A stretch of DNA of 64,000 bases from an uncultured Muribaculaceae bacterium (GTDB lineage Bacteria > Bacillota_I > Bacilli_A > RF39 > UBA660). Shown here one piece after another: positions 18,537 through 29,089 of this stretch. The notes under the pieces were generated by a model that was not told the origin of the DNA, did no database searches, and saw only the letters and a program-made list of their open reading frames with translations. Both the position numbers and the translations under genes were made by a program. The first letter of the stretch is position 1; each line of letters starts with the position of its first letter. Where the stretch lies: contig CAYJKH010000003.1 of NCBI GenBank assembly GCA_964371025.1, positions 19,891 to 83,890 of the forward strand, read 5' to 3'.

Positions 18537-19598
18537 TTACTCATTTCCTTCTAACTTAAGTCTTAAATTTTCCTGTATTAAAGCATTAATTACTGGTTCT
18601 AAATCTCCATTAACTACTCTGTCTAATTGCTTAATAGTAAATCCAATTCTATGATCAGTTACTCTATTTTGCGGATAATTATATGTTCTAATTTTTTCAG
18701 AACGATCTCCACTACCTATTTTATTCTTTTTCAAACTACCTACTTCTTCATCTTGTAATTGTTTTTTATGATCATATAATCTACTTTTTAATACTTTCAT
18801 AGCTTGTTCTTTATTTTGAATTTGACTTCTTTCATTTTGACAAGTTACTACTATATTAGTTTCAAGATGGGTAATTCTAACTGCTGAATCGGTTGTATTT
18901 ACTCCTTGACCACCACATCCACCAGAACGATATACATCCACTCTGATATCATTTGGATTTATTACTATATCAATATCGTCATCAACTTCTGGCATAACAA
19001 GTACTGTAGCTGTTGATGTTTGTAGTCTTCCATTAGATTCTGTAACAGGTACTCTTTGTACTCTATGAGACCCACTTTCATATTTTAATAAAGAATACAC
19101 ATTTTTACCTTTTACTAAAAATTCAATTTGACTAAATCCTCCAGCTGTCCCTTCTACTGCATTATATAATTGGCATGTAAATCCTTTTTGCTCTGCATAT
19201 CTCGTATACATTCTGTATAAATCGCCTGCAAATATATTAGCTTCATCTCCACCTGCTGCTCCTCTTATTTCAATAACTACATTCTTAGCATCATCTGGAT
19301 CTTTTGGTATTAATAAAATTTCCAAGTCACTTTCTAACTTTTCTTTTTCTTCTTCTAAGCCTTTTAATTCTTCTTTAGCGATTTCAATAAAATCAGGATC
19401 TTTTAACATTTCTTTTGTATCTTCTATTTCAGTTAAAAGTTTTTTATACTTTTTATAACATTCTGCTGTTTCTTCTAAACTTGCAAATTCTTTAGAATAT
19501 TCTTTAGTTTTGTTTATATCATTAATAACTTCTGATTTAGATAGTTCTCCACTCAAAAAATTATATCTATTTAATATTTCTTCCAATCTAGCAATCAT
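18537..19598 (-). CDS. prfA: Peptide chain release factor 1
   Basis: PVT and GGQ motifs (RSGGCGGQGVNTTDSAVRITH). Confidence 0.95.
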   Translation of the reverse strand: MIARLEEILNRYNFLSGELSKSEVINDINKTKEYSKEFASLEETAECYKKYKKLLTEIEDTKEMLKDPDFIEIAKEELKGLEEEKEKLESDLEILLIPKDPDDAKNVVIEIRGAAGGDEANIFAGDLYRMYTRYAEQKGFTCQLYNAVEGTAGGFSQIEFLVKGKNVYSLLKYESGSHRVQRVPVTESNGRLQTSTATVLVMPEVDDDIDIVINPNDIRVDVYRSGGCGGQGVNTTDSAVRITHLETNIVVTCQNERSQIQNKEQAMKVLKSRLYDHKKQLQDEEVGSLKKNKIGSGDRSEKIRTYNYPQNRVTDHRIGFTIKQLDRVVNGDLEPVINALIQENLRLKLEGNE

Positions 19599-19661
19599 AT
19601 TTATCTCCTTTTAATTACAATGTATTATATCATAATAACATGAAAAAAACTAGCATTTAAT

Positions 19662-20099
19662 CTAGTCTAAATCTTCTGGTTCTATTATAACTAACCCTTT
19701 TAAGTCCTCTGTTGTATCATATCTTTCTACAGATGCCTCTTCATAAAGATGATCATCTTCATCATCTTCTTCTAATTCAGTTTTTAATAGTTCTTCATCA
19801 TCTTCTTCATCACTTATTACTTTAATTATTTTATCTGAAGTGTAGTTTGTTTTTAAATCCCATGTTCCATCTTCTAGTAAAATAAATCTTTTATCTGTTG
19901 TTAAAGATGTATAAAATTCTCCTATTTTATTTGAAAATACACTTTCTGGTAATTCTAACACTTTTATTACTTCTTTAAATAATTCTGCAGTTGGCATAGA
20001 CTTATTATTTCTTTCTAAAATAAGTTCACTAATATCCTTATTTGATAATAATTCTAATTCTTCCTTTTTCATTTTTTCTAATTTCATTTTTACCTCCAA
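19662..20099 (-). CDS. rpoE: RNA polymerase delta subunit (RpoE-like: N-terminal HARE-HTH, acidic C-terminal tail)
   Basis: The C-terminus is D/E-rich (DEEDDEELLKTELEEDDEDDHLYEE). Its size and position fit Firmicute RpoE. The exact start is uncertain. Confidence 0.6.
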   Translation of the reverse strand: MEVKMKLEKMKKEELELLSNKDISELILERNNKSMPTAELFKEVIKVLELPESVFSNKIGEFYTSLTTDKRFILLEDGTWDLKTNYTSDKIIKVISDEEDDEELLKTELEEDDEDDHLYEEASVERYDTTEDLKGLVIIEPEDLD

Positions 20100-20163
20100 A
20101 ATTATTTATATTAAAATTTCAATATATTTTATATCATAACCATATATATAAAATCAAGTGTTT

Positions 20164-21915
20164 CTACATTTTTTCTGGAATTTTTATTCCTAGTATTGAC
20201 AATAAAAATAAATTAGTATTGTAAACTACTTTAGTTAACACTAACCATGATTCTTGTTGTTTTATATCTTCTTCGATAAGAATTTTATTTTCTGAGTAAA
20301 ATTTATTATATATAGCTGTTATTTTATATATTATTTCTGCTATTTCATGTAAACTTTTTACATCTTTTGCTCTTGTTAAAATTATTGGAACTTGTAATAA
20401 AGTTAGCGCAATTTGTTTTTCATCAATAGTCTTTAGGTTATTAATTTTATTGAAATTAATTGTTGATGCCTTACTTAATAATGATTTCATTCTAATTGTT
20501 GAGTATAGTAAGTAAGGCCCCGTTTTACCTTCTAAATCAGTAAATTTATTAATATCAAAAATATAGTCTGTTGATATAAAAGGTATAAAATCTGCATATT
20601 TTAAAGCTGCAATAGCTGTGGTTTCTGATATTTTTTCTTTTTCTTCACTACTTAATGTTTGGTCATCTTCTAATCTTTTATATGTCTCTTCTTTAACATC
20701 ACTAATTAGTTGTCTTAATGATACTACTCCACCATCTCTTGTTTTAAGAGGCTTTCCATCTTTTCCATTTATGGTTCCGTTTCCAACAAATATTAATTTT
20801 TGACTATCATTTAAAATCCCAATTTTTTTTGTTGCTCTAAATACTTGCTCAAAATGTAGTCCTTGTCTTTTATCAACAACATACCAGATTTCATCTGGAT
20901 TATTTTCTTTTTCTCTTTGTAATATAGTAGCTAAATCAGTAGTTGCATAAGTTATCGTTTCTTGTGATGTTAAGTACATTAGAGGTGGCATTGGAGAATT
21001 ATCATTTTCTGTTATTACATTTATAATTTTAGCACCATTACTTTCTTCCAAAACATTTGCTTTAGCTACTAAACTATTTAATTCATCTAAATATTCAACT
21101 GCATCACTTTCTCCATACCATAAATCGAAATTAACATTAAGTTTATCATATATTTCTTTTATATCTTTTTTTGATATTTCTAATATTTTCTTCCATGCAT
21201 CATAATATCCTGGTGTTTTAGACTGAATTAAATATGTTATTTTTTTTGCTTCTTCTAAATATTCCGCATCTTCCTTGCTTCTTGCTGATGCAAAAGGGTA
21301 TATTTCTTCTAAATCATCATTTGTAATAGGTAATTCTAACTTACTATAATCTCCTTTATAATTTTCATTAAAATACTCACTATCTGGAAAACGTTTTCTT
21401 ATTTCTAAAATCACTAACCCTAATGGACGACCATAATCTCCTAAATGTGTATCCCCTAGCGTCTTATGCCCTAAGGCTTTTGCTAAATTATTTAAAGCTT
21501 GTCCTAAATTAGCAGTTCTTAAATGTCCTACGTGTAGTGCTTTAGCAACATTTGCTCCTCCATAGTCAATAACTATTTTTTGTTCTTTTTCCTTATCAAC
21601 ATTTATTGATGAATCCACTATTATGGTATTTAAAAAATCAATTAGTAAATTATCACTAAGCGCTATATTAATAAATCCTGGTCCCGCTATATTTACATTA
21701 GTAAATTTAGCGTTTTTTTCTATTTTATCAACTATTTTTTGAGCAATTGCACGTGGGTTTTCGCCATATTTTTTCGCTAAAGTCATTGCATCATTAATTT
21801 GAAAGTCTCCCAATTCTGGTCTACCACTTGGCTGTAAAATAAAGCTATCTATTTCATATCCAGCTGATTTTATTATTTCCTTTATTTCCTTTGTTATTTC
21901 CTTAATTACACTCAT
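20164..21915 (-). CDS. argS: Arginine--tRNA ligase
   Basis: 583 aa; class I HIGH-type motif (ALHVGHLR) and a DALR-type C-terminus. Confidence 0.9.
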   Translation of the reverse strand: MSVIKEITKEIKEIIKSAGYEIDSFILQPSGRPELGDFQINDAMTLAKKYGENPRAIAQKIVDKIEKNAKFTNVNIAGPGFINIALSDNLLIDFLNTIIVDSSINVDKEKEQKIVIDYGGANVAKALHVGHLRTANLGQALNNLAKALGHKTLGDTHLGDYGRPLGLVILEIRKRFPDSEYFNENYKGDYSKLELPITNDDLEEIYPFASARSKEDAEYLEEAKKITYLIQSKTPGYYDAWKKILEISKKDIKEIYDKLNVNFDLWYGESDAVEYLDELNSLVAKANVLEESNGAKIINVITENDNSPMPPLMYLTSQETITYATTDLATILQREKENNPDEIWYVVDKRQGLHFEQVFRATKKIGILNDSQKLIFVGNGTINGKDGKPLKTRDGGVVSLRQLISDVKEETYKRLEDDQTLSSEEKEKISETTAIAALKYADFIPFISTDYIFDINKFTDLEGKTGPYLLYSTIRMKSLLSKASTINFNKINNLKTIDEKQIALTLLQVPIILTRAKDVKSLHEIAEIIYKITAIYNKFYSENKILIEEDIKQQESWLVLTKVVYNTNLFLLSILGIKIPEKM

Positions 21916-21916
21916 T

Positions 21917-22255
21917 TTATATCTCCTTTATTTGATATTTAAAAAGATTATTTTCTATCATATATTCTATTAACAAGTTATCAGAACTTACTTTACAATT
22001 ACTTAAGCTAAAATTTAATGTTGTATTAGTTTTTTTTTCTACACAAGTAGCTGTGGATTTCTTAAAATCTAACATTAACTTAATACTCTCATTTTCTCTT
22101 GTTAAAATATTATCTATATAATTATAAGACGCTTTCGTCTTTAAGTCATCTACCTCTTTATATATATAAAATTTATCATTTTTTATAGCAACTATTTCAT
22201 TTTCAATTTTACTATCTTCGTTTATAATACTAACACTAATTTTAAGTTTTCCCAT
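21917..22255 (-). CDS. DUF1934-family small protein (YwiB-like), which typically precedes argS in Firmicutes
   Basis: 112 aa. Its position immediately upstream of and overlapping argS matches the Bacillus ywiB-argS arrangement. Confidence 0.5.
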   Translation of the reverse strand: MGKLKISVSIINEDSKIENEIVAIKNDKFYIYKEVDDLKTKASYNYIDNILTRENESIKLMLDFKKSTATCVEKKTNTTLNFSLSNCKVSSDNLLIEYMIENNLFKYQIKEI

Positions 22256-22383
22256 AAAATCACTCCAAAATAAATTATAGCATAGATTATAACATAAAAG
22301 TTAGTGTAAAGAAACTTTTTTTGGTAGAAACTACTTTGTATATATATTTAAGTTTGCTATAATATTTAAATAGAGGTGATTAA

Positions 22384-22914
22384 ATGATTGAGATTATTTT
22401 AGCTATAGTAGTAGCAATAGCAGGATTATTACTGGTAGTTCTTTTATATAAGCAAAAATTCAATTTTTTATTTTCTAAAATTGAAGAAGCAGAATTAAAT
22501 ATTATTGAATTATTACAGCAACAATTTAAAATATTTAATAAAATTATACCAATAATAAAAGAAGAAATTACTTTGGATAATTTTTTAGTAGAATTAGATG
22601 AATTTACAAATTTAAATGACAATTATAAAAAGAGTGATTTAATTGATGAAAGTTACCATACTTTATTTGAAGTTATTGAGGATAATGAAAAATTACTAAT
22701 GAGCAAAAAGCTAACAAAACTACTTAATCAACTAGAAATATCTAAAGAAGAGTTATTAGCATCAATAAAATTTTATAATGATAATATTAATATTTATAAT
22801 AAAACTTTAAAAACTTTCCCTACTAATATTATTAAACTTATTTTTAGATATAGAGAGTTAAAAGTTTTTAAAATTACAAAAAGAGAAAAATTCAATATAT
22901 TAAAAAATGACTAG
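22384..22914 (+). CDS. lemA: LemA-family membrane protein
   Basis: N-terminal TM. The C-terminal YNDNINIYNKTLKTFPTNIIKLIFRY matches the LemA YN..V..YN..I..FP signature. Confidence 0.65.
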   Translation: MIEIILAIVVAIAGLLLVVLLYKQKFNFLFSKIEEAELNIIELLQQQFKIFNKIIPIIKEEITLDNFLVELDEFTNLNDNYKKSDLIDESYHTLFEVIEDNEKLLMSKKLTKLLNQLEISKEELLASIKFYNDNINIYNKTLKTFPTNIIKLIFRYRELKVFKITKREKFNILKND

Positions 22915-22922
22915 GAGATAAT

Positions 22923-23912
22923 ATGAAATTTATAGACATAATGAAAGAAAAAGCAAAAAAGAAAAAAGTAACCATTGTATTACCAGAATATATGGATGAT
23001 AGAGTTGTTGAAGCAGCTAAAGTAATAAGTAGTGAAAATATTGCAAATATTATAATATTAGGAAGTAGTGACTTTATTAATAAAAATAAATTAGAACTAT
23101 CTGGAATAACTCTTATTAATCCAGAAAATGCTGATAATTTCAATTTATTTATTGAACAATTAATGGAAATTAGAAAAAATAAGAATCTTACATTTAAAGA
23201 AGCAAAAGAATTACTATGTACTGATTATATGTATTATGCTTGTATGTTAATTATAAACAACTTAGCTGACGGTATAGTTTCTGGAGCGTGTCATTCTACT
23301 GCTAATACATTAAGACCAGCTTTACAAATTATAAAAACTAAACCTAATTCTAAATTAGTATCATCCTTCTTTATAATGGATGTTCCTAATTGTAATATAG
23401 GAGAAAATGGGATTGTTATGTTTGGAGATGCTGCATTAGAGCAAAATCCAACTCCTGATAAATTAGCTTCAATTGCACTTGATAGTGCGCAAAGTTTTAA
23501 AGATTTAATTGAAAAAGAGCCAAAAGTTGCATTATTATCTCATTCTACTAAAGGTAGTGCATCACATCCTGATGTAGATAAAGTAAAAGAAGCTACTAAT
23601 ATTATAAATTCTTTTAATCATAATTTTATGATAGATGGAGAACTACAATTAGATGCTGCTATATCTCCAGAGGTTGCTAATTTAAAAGCGCCAGATTCTC
23701 CGTTAAAAGGAGATGCAAATGTTTTAATCTTCCCAGATTTAGACTCTGCTAATATAGGTTATAAACTAGTACAGCGTTTTGCTAAAGCTGATGCTTTTGG
23801 ACCTATTTGCCAAGGGATAGCCGCTCCTGTTAATGATTTATCTAGAGGTTGTAGTATTAATGATGTTATAGGCACAATTGCAATTACTGCTGTTCTTGCA
23901 CAAAAAAAATAG
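22923..23912 (+). CDS. pta: Phosphate acetyltransferase
   Basis: 329 aa PTA_PTB fold (...GACHSTANTLRPALQII...). Confidence 0.9.
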   Translation: MKFIDIMKEKAKKKKVTIVLPEYMDDRVVEAAKVISSENIANIIILGSSDFINKNKLELSGITLINPENADNFNLFIEQLMEIRKNKNLTFKEAKELLCTDYMYYACMLIINNLADGIVSGACHSTANTLRPALQIIKTKPNSKLVSSFFIMDVPNCNIGENGIVMFGDAALEQNPTPDKLASIALDSAQSFKDLIEKEPKVALLSHSTKGSASHPDVDKVKEATNIINSFNHNFMIDGELQLDAAISPEVANLKAPDSPLKGDANVLIFPDLDSANIGYKLVQRFAKADAFGPICQGIAAPVNDLSRGCSINDVIGTIAITAVLAQKK

Positions 23913-23920
23913 AGTTAACT

Positions 23921-24610
23921 CTATTTTAGACTCCAATTGATTGGAGTTATTTTTTTTGCAATTAAATACTTATTTGTTTTTGAAAAAGGTTTACTACCCC
24001 AAAAACCATTATATGCTGATAAAGGTGATGGATGAACATTTTTTATAATCAAATGTTTTGATTCATCTATTAAAGTAGATTTTTTTTGAGCAAAATTTCC
24101 CCATAATATAAATACAATATTTTTTTTATCATCACTAATTTTTTTGATGATTAAATCTGTAAACGTTTCCCACTTTAAATGTTTATGGCTTGCCGGCTTA
24201 CTTTCTTCTACTGTTAATACTGAGTTTAATAAAAAAACTCCTTCTTCTGCCCATTTACATAGTGAATTAGTAGTAGGATAGTTAATATTTAAATCAGTAG
24301 CTAATTCTTTAAAAATATTTTTTAATGATGGAGGTGTCTTAACATTATCTCTTACAGAAAAAGCTAATCCTTCTGCTTGATTAACTTGGTGATATGGATC
24401 TTGGCCTAGTATAACTACTTTTATATCATCAAAATTCGTTTTATTAAAAGCATTAAAAATATTTTCTTTTTCTGGATAAATGGTTTTACTAGCATATTCT
24501 TTATCAAGTTCTTTAATTATATGCTTAAAATAATCTTTATTAATTTCTTCTTCAAGTAATAAATGCCATTTCTCTTCTATATAATAGTCTTTACTTATGA
24601 TATTTTTCAT
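23921..24610 (-). CDS. ung: Uracil-DNA glycosylase
   Basis: VVILGQDPYH and HPSPLSA motifs. Confidence 0.9.
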   Translation of the reverse strand: MKNIISKDYYIEEKWHLLLEEEINKDYFKHIIKELDKEYASKTIYPEKENIFNAFNKTNFDDIKVVILGQDPYHQVNQAEGLAFSVRDNVKTPPSLKNIFKELATDLNINYPTTNSLCKWAEEGVFLLNSVLTVEESKPASHKHLKWETFTDLIIKKISDDKKNIVFILWGNFAQKKSTLIDESKHLIIKNVHPSPLSAYNGFWGSKPFSKTNKYLIAKKITPINWSLK

Positions 24611-25046
24611 TATTATTAATCTTATATCCCCTATAGATTTGTTCTAGCAGCATTATTCTAAACATTTGATGAGGAAAAGTCATTTTAGAAAAAGATAGTT
24701 TGAAATTTGCTTGTTTCTTTAGCTCTTCAAATATACCATAGCTACCCCCAATTATAAAAGTAAGATTGCTATTGGTTATTAATGTCTTATTAATCTTGTC
24801 TGCAAAATCAACAGATGTTAAATTAGTACCATTTATATCCATTATAAAAATATAGTCTTTATTAGATAAACATTTACTAATTTTTTCACCTTCTAGTTTT
24901 AGTGCTTTAGACTCTTCAACAAGGCCTTCTTCTTTAATTTCTATTATTTTAACTTCTACATATTTAGATAATCTTTTTAAATACTCTGCTTCTGCTTTTT
25001 TTAAATAATCTTCTTTTAGATTACCTACTGCAATAATTTTAATCAC
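24591..25046 (-). CDS. rlmH: 23S rRNA (pseudouridine1915-N3)-methyltransferase RlmH
   Basis: 151 aa SPOUT-class protein. Position is conserved after the walJ-like gene. Confidence 0.8.
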   Translation of the reverse strand: MIKIIAVGNLKEDYLKKAEAEYLKRLSKYVEVKIIEIKEEGLVEESKALKLEGEKISKCLSNKDYIFIMDINGTNLTSVDFADKINKTLITNSNLTFIIGGSYGIFEELKKQANFKLSFSKMTFPHQMFRIMLLEQIYRGYKINNNEKYHK

Positions 25047-25796
25047 TTATATCTCCACCTTATCAATCACTTCATTTTGTTTTGCAATATATACATTTAT
25101 ATCATTTGATAATACTTTTTTTGTTTCTGTATATGCTAACTCTTCTGTATTATTTTTCTCACTTAAATGAGCTAATATTACACATTTAGTATTTTCACCT
25201 ACTAATTTATTTAAATACTTAGCAGTACTTTTATTAGATAAATGCCCACTATCACTTATAACTCTTTCTTTTAAACATCTTGGATACGGCCCATCAAGTA
25301 GCATTTCCTCATCATAATTACTTTCTATAATGTATACTGTCTTATTTCTTATATAGGGAAAGAGATTTCTATTTATATACCCAGTATCAGTAATATATAC
25401 AATACTATTTTCTTCTTCTGTTATTATATATCCATATGTATTAGGAGTATCATGCGATAAAGATAATAATTTCACCTCTAAACTTTCTATTTTAAAAGTT
25501 TTTTCTATAATAATGAAATTATCTTTTTTTATATCGATTAACTCACTATTTATTTCATTAGTTACATATATTTTAGTATCTGTTTTTTTAGCAAATGTTT
25601 TTAATCCACTTATATGGTCTTTATGAGTATGAGTTATCAACAAAATATCTATTTCATCAATAGAAAAGGAATTATCATCCAGTTTCTTTTGTAAACTTAA
25701 AAATGAAATTCCTATATCAATTAAAATCGTTTTATTTTTAGTTTTTATAATTGTACAATTCCCTTTTGAGCCACTTGCTATTACTTGAATTTTCAT
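25047..25796 (-). CDS. MBL-fold metallo-hydrolase (WalJ/YycJ-like)
   Basis: HTHKDH metal-binding motif. It is located between rlmH and dnaB, as yycJ is in Bacillus. Confidence 0.75.
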   Translation of the reverse strand: MKIQVIASGSKGNCTIIKTKNKTILIDIGISFLSLQKKLDDNSFSIDEIDILLITHTHKDHISGLKTFAKKTDTKIYVTNEINSELIDIKKDNFIIIEKTFKIESLEVKLLSLSHDTPNTYGYIITEEENSIVYITDTGYINRNLFPYIRNKTVYIIESNYDEEMLLDGPYPRCLKERVISDSGHLSNKSTAKYLNKLVGENTKCVILAHLSEKNNTEELAYTETKKVLSNDINVYIAKQNEVIDKVEI

Positions 25797-27277
25797 TAGT
25801 AAACACTCATTGGATTAAACGGTACTCCACCACGATATGGATAACCACTCCAAATACCATAATGTAAATGGGTTCCTGTTGCAAGTCCGGTACTACCCAT
25901 TCCTCCAATAACTTGTCCTTTCGAAACTTTATCTCCGACTTTTACATATCTACACCCTGAACAAAGATGAGCGTATATAGTGTAATAGTTGCTAGAGTGC
26001 TGAATCATAACATACTCCCCATTAGGCCATTTAGAACCTGACTCTACAACTGTTCCAGATTGTCCTGCATAAATAGGTGACCCTGTTCCGCATGAACTAA
26101 TATCTACTGCATCATGTAATATTCCTGATCTATATCCAAAAGGACTAGAGATATTTGAACAAGATGCAGGCCATGCCCAATCACCTTTAGTTGGAACTAC
26201 TGTCATAGGACCACTATAATATGAATTGGACTCTTTTGTTCCTTCTATTACTAATTCTGGTACCGAAGGTTTTATTTCCTCTGTACTAATTGTAATAGTA
26301 TCAAAAACACTTCCATTTACCTTTTTTACTTTTTGAGTAACTATCTCTTCTCCCGCTACTCCTTTTTGGGTAACTTCTTTTTGTCCTTCATATTTACTAT
26401 CATCTAACTCTGTAATTGTTTTAAAAGGCTTATCTTGAAGTTTTACAACATGTTCTTCTTCAACAATATTAAACTGAGGAAATAATTGTCCCAATGTAAC
26501 AGTTTGTCCTGGAAATAATAAACTATTTTCATCCTTAAACTCAGGATTAGCTACTAAAAATTCCTCTGTAGACATTTTGTTATTGAATGCAATATCTTCT
26601 ATTGTATCTCCTTCTTTTACTTTATAAGTCTTTTGTTCTTTTGTAGTTCCAAACAATAAGTATTTACTTAATTCCTCTTCTTCTTCATATATTTTTTCAT
26701 CAACTGGAATATTACCTTTTTGGATAGTTATTTGATTTTCAATATATATATTTTCTATTATTTTCCCAACATCATCTATTTCAGTTTGAGTTTTATTAAC
26801 ATAAGTATCTATGTCCTCTGCTGATACGAAAGCTGACAATACATTATCTACTGCTTCTTCAAATATTTTCTTATCCAAAGTATAAATATCTTGATCTTTT
26901 CCTTCTGTTTTAGAAACGTTTGTAACTATATCTACACCTTTAATAGTAATTATATATCCATCAATTGTAAATGCTGATAAATCTGCTATTTCATTATAAA
27001 TTTCTTTTGATGTTTTATAGTCATCTTTAAATGTTGTTTCTTGAATAATATCCAAATCTTTCGGCGGATATACTTTATCAACATTATATTTTTCTTTGAT
27101 TTTTTCTTGTTGATTATCAATATATTTTTCTAATGATTCCTTAGATTCTATTAATCCCAAAGATTCTCCTTCTAAATATACTCTATATACTGTTTTAGGT
27201 TTAAACTCTTTCATAGTAAAACCTGTAGTTAAAAATATCGAAAACGATAAAACGATTAATATTATATATTTATTCAT
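25796..27277 (-). CDS. Secreted or membrane-anchored M23 metallopeptidase with G5-like and LysM-like segments
   Basis: N-terminal hydrophobic anchor. A LysM-like segment (KEGDTIEDIAFNNKMSTEEFLVANP) and a G5-like segment (VTQKGVAGEEIVTQKVKKVNG) are present. The C-terminal M23 domain carries HDAVDI and GTHLHYG motifs. Confidence 0.75.
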   Translation of the reverse strand: MNKYIILIVLSFSIFLTTGFTMKEFKPKTVYRVYLEGESLGLIESKESLEKYIDNQQEKIKEKYNVDKVYPPKDLDIIQETTFKDDYKTSKEIYNEIADLSAFTIDGYIITIKGVDIVTNVSKTEGKDQDIYTLDKKIFEEAVDNVLSAFVSAEDIDTYVNKTQTEIDDVGKIIENIYIENQITIQKGNIPVDEKIYEEEEELSKYLLFGTTKEQKTYKVKEGDTIEDIAFNNKMSTEEFLVANPEFKDENSLLFPGQTVTLGQLFPQFNIVEEEHVVKLQDKPFKTITELDDSKYEGQKEVTQKGVAGEEIVTQKVKKVNGSVFDTITISTEEIKPSVPELVIEGTKESNSYYSGPMTVVPTKGDWAWPASCSNISSPFGYRSGILHDAVDISSCGTGSPIYAGQSGTVVESGSKWPNGEYVMIQHSSNYYTIYAHLCSGCRYVKVGDKVSKGQVIGGMGSTGLATGTHLHYGIWSGYPYRGGVPFNPMSVY

Positions 27278-27279
27278 TA

Positions 27280-28632
27280 CTATTCATCTCCTTCTTTTTG
27301 ACCTTTATTAATATTAAGAAATGTTGATGTATTTTTCTTAAATAGTAACTCTACTGTTGCAGTTGGACCATTACGATGTTTACCTATTATAAATTCACTT
27401 ATACTAGTATTATCTTCATTTCTAGCTTCTTTATTATAATAATCATCTCTATATAAAAATGCTACTATATCAGCATCTTGTTCAATAGATCCTGATTCTC
27501 TTAAATCACTCATTATTGGTCTTTTTTCTTCTCTTGTTTCAACACTACGTGATAACTGAGATAATGCAATTATTGGAATTTTTAGTTCCTTAGCTAATGT
27601 TTTAAGACTTCTTGATATTTCAGATACTTCTTGTTGTCTGTTTGAACCGTAATTTTTACCCCCAGATATTAGCTGTAAATAATCTATTACTACAACTGCT
27701 AAGCCTTTTTCTGATGCTGCTAATCTACGACATTTAGCTCTTATCTCACCAATTGTTGTTCCTGATGATTCATCTATTACAATATTTGTTTCTGATAATT
27801 GTGAAATAGCCTCATTTATTCTTTTCCAGTCATTATTTAATAAGTTCCCCGTCTTAATCTTAAATCCATCTACTTGTCCAACTGAAGAAATAATTCTTTT
27901 CGCTAATTCTTCAGCACTCATTTCTAAATTGAATAATGCAACTGCTTTTTCTTGAGTTCTAGCAATATGTGTTGCTAAGTTTAGAGCAAAAGCTGTCTTC
28001 CCCATCGCTGGTCTTGCTGCTACAATAATTAACTCATTTGAATGTAATCCGGTAGTAATTTTATCTAAATCATACCAACCAGTAGAAAGTCCTGTTATTT
28101 CTCCTTTTGTTTCTGATAATCTTTCCAAATCGCTTTGCATTTTTGCTAATACTTCTTTAATTCCTCTAAACTCTGTTGATTTACGATTTTTAACTATATC
28201 TAAAATTTGCTTTTCAGAATAATCTAAAATATCACTCACATTTTCATCTGATTCATAGGCTCTTGTAGCTATTTCCTCACTTGTAATGATTACTCTTCTT
28301 AATAGTGCTGATTCTTCTACTTTTTTTATATAAAATTCAACATTGCTAGCTGTTGGTACAAAATTTATTACTTCTGTTAAGTATTCAACACCACCTGCTA
28401 AATTTAACTTTCCTTTTTCATTAAGCTTAGTAGTAATAAGTGTTATGTCTAATGGTTCACCATTTTCTAGCAATTCTTTCATTCCAGCAAAAATCAAAGC
28501 ATTTTTTTCATCGTAAAAAGAATCTACCATTAATTTTTCAGTAGCATTTTGTAATGCAAATTTTGATAGAAAGCAAGATCCTAAAACTGATTTTTCTGCA
28601 TCTATATTATTTGGTAATGTTTTAATTGCCAT
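27280..28632 (-). CDS. dnaB: Replicative DNA helicase (DnaB family; DnaC in Bacillus nomenclature)
   Basis: Walker A GARPAMGKTAF and the conserved DnaB C-terminal domain. Confidence 0.95.
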   Translation of the reverse strand: MAIKTLPNNIDAEKSVLGSCFLSKFALQNATEKLMVDSFYDEKNALIFAGMKELLENGEPLDITLITTKLNEKGKLNLAGGVEYLTEVINFVPTASNVEFYIKKVEESALLRRVIITSEEIATRAYESDENVSDILDYSEKQILDIVKNRKSTEFRGIKEVLAKMQSDLERLSETKGEITGLSTGWYDLDKITTGLHSNELIIVAARPAMGKTAFALNLATHIARTQEKAVALFNLEMSAEELAKRIISSVGQVDGFKIKTGNLLNNDWKRINEAISQLSETNIVIDESSGTTIGEIRAKCRRLAASEKGLAVVVIDYLQLISGGKNYGSNRQQEVSEISRSLKTLAKELKIPIIALSQLSRSVETREEKRPIMSDLRESGSIEQDADIVAFLYRDDYYNKEARNEDNTSISEFIIGKHRNGPTATVELLFKKNTSTFLNINKGQKEGDE

Positions 28633-28642
28633 TATTTCACCT

Positions 28643-29089
28643 CTACTTAATTATATGAATTTTTACACGAGCTGTTACTTGTGGATATAAATTAATATTT
28701 ACATAATGAAATCCTAAAGTAGCTAAACTAGTATTTTCTAATTTCCCTTTTTCTATTTTATAACCTTTTTCGTCAAAAGCTTTAAGTAATTGCTTAGTAC
28801 TAATACTACCGTATACTTTGTCAAATTCACCTGTCTTAACTTTAAATTCAAATATTTCTTTTTCTATTTTATCTTTTAATTCTAAACTAATTTTTTTTTC
28901 TAATTCTTTTTGCTGACTTATTTTTTTGTTTTCATGCTCCAATTTCTTTATTCCTTCATTGGTTTTTAAAATAGCATAACCTTTTTTTATTAAAAAATTA
29001 GTTGCATATCCATCTGCTACATTTTTAACTTGGCCCTTCTTACCTTGGTTTTTTAAGTCTTTTATAAAAATTACTTCCACTTTACTCAC
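28643..29089 (-). CDS. rplI: 50S ribosomal protein L9
   Basis: 148 aa; [26 protein letters not shown]-like N-terminus. Confidence 0.9.
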   Translation of the reverse strand: MSKVEVIFIKDLKNQGKKGQVKNVADGYATNFLIKKGYAILKTNEGIKKLEHENKKISQQKELEKKISLELKDKIEKEIFEFKVKTGEFDKVYGSISTKQLLKAFDEKGYKIEKGKLENTSLATLGFHYVNINLYPQVTARVKIHIIK

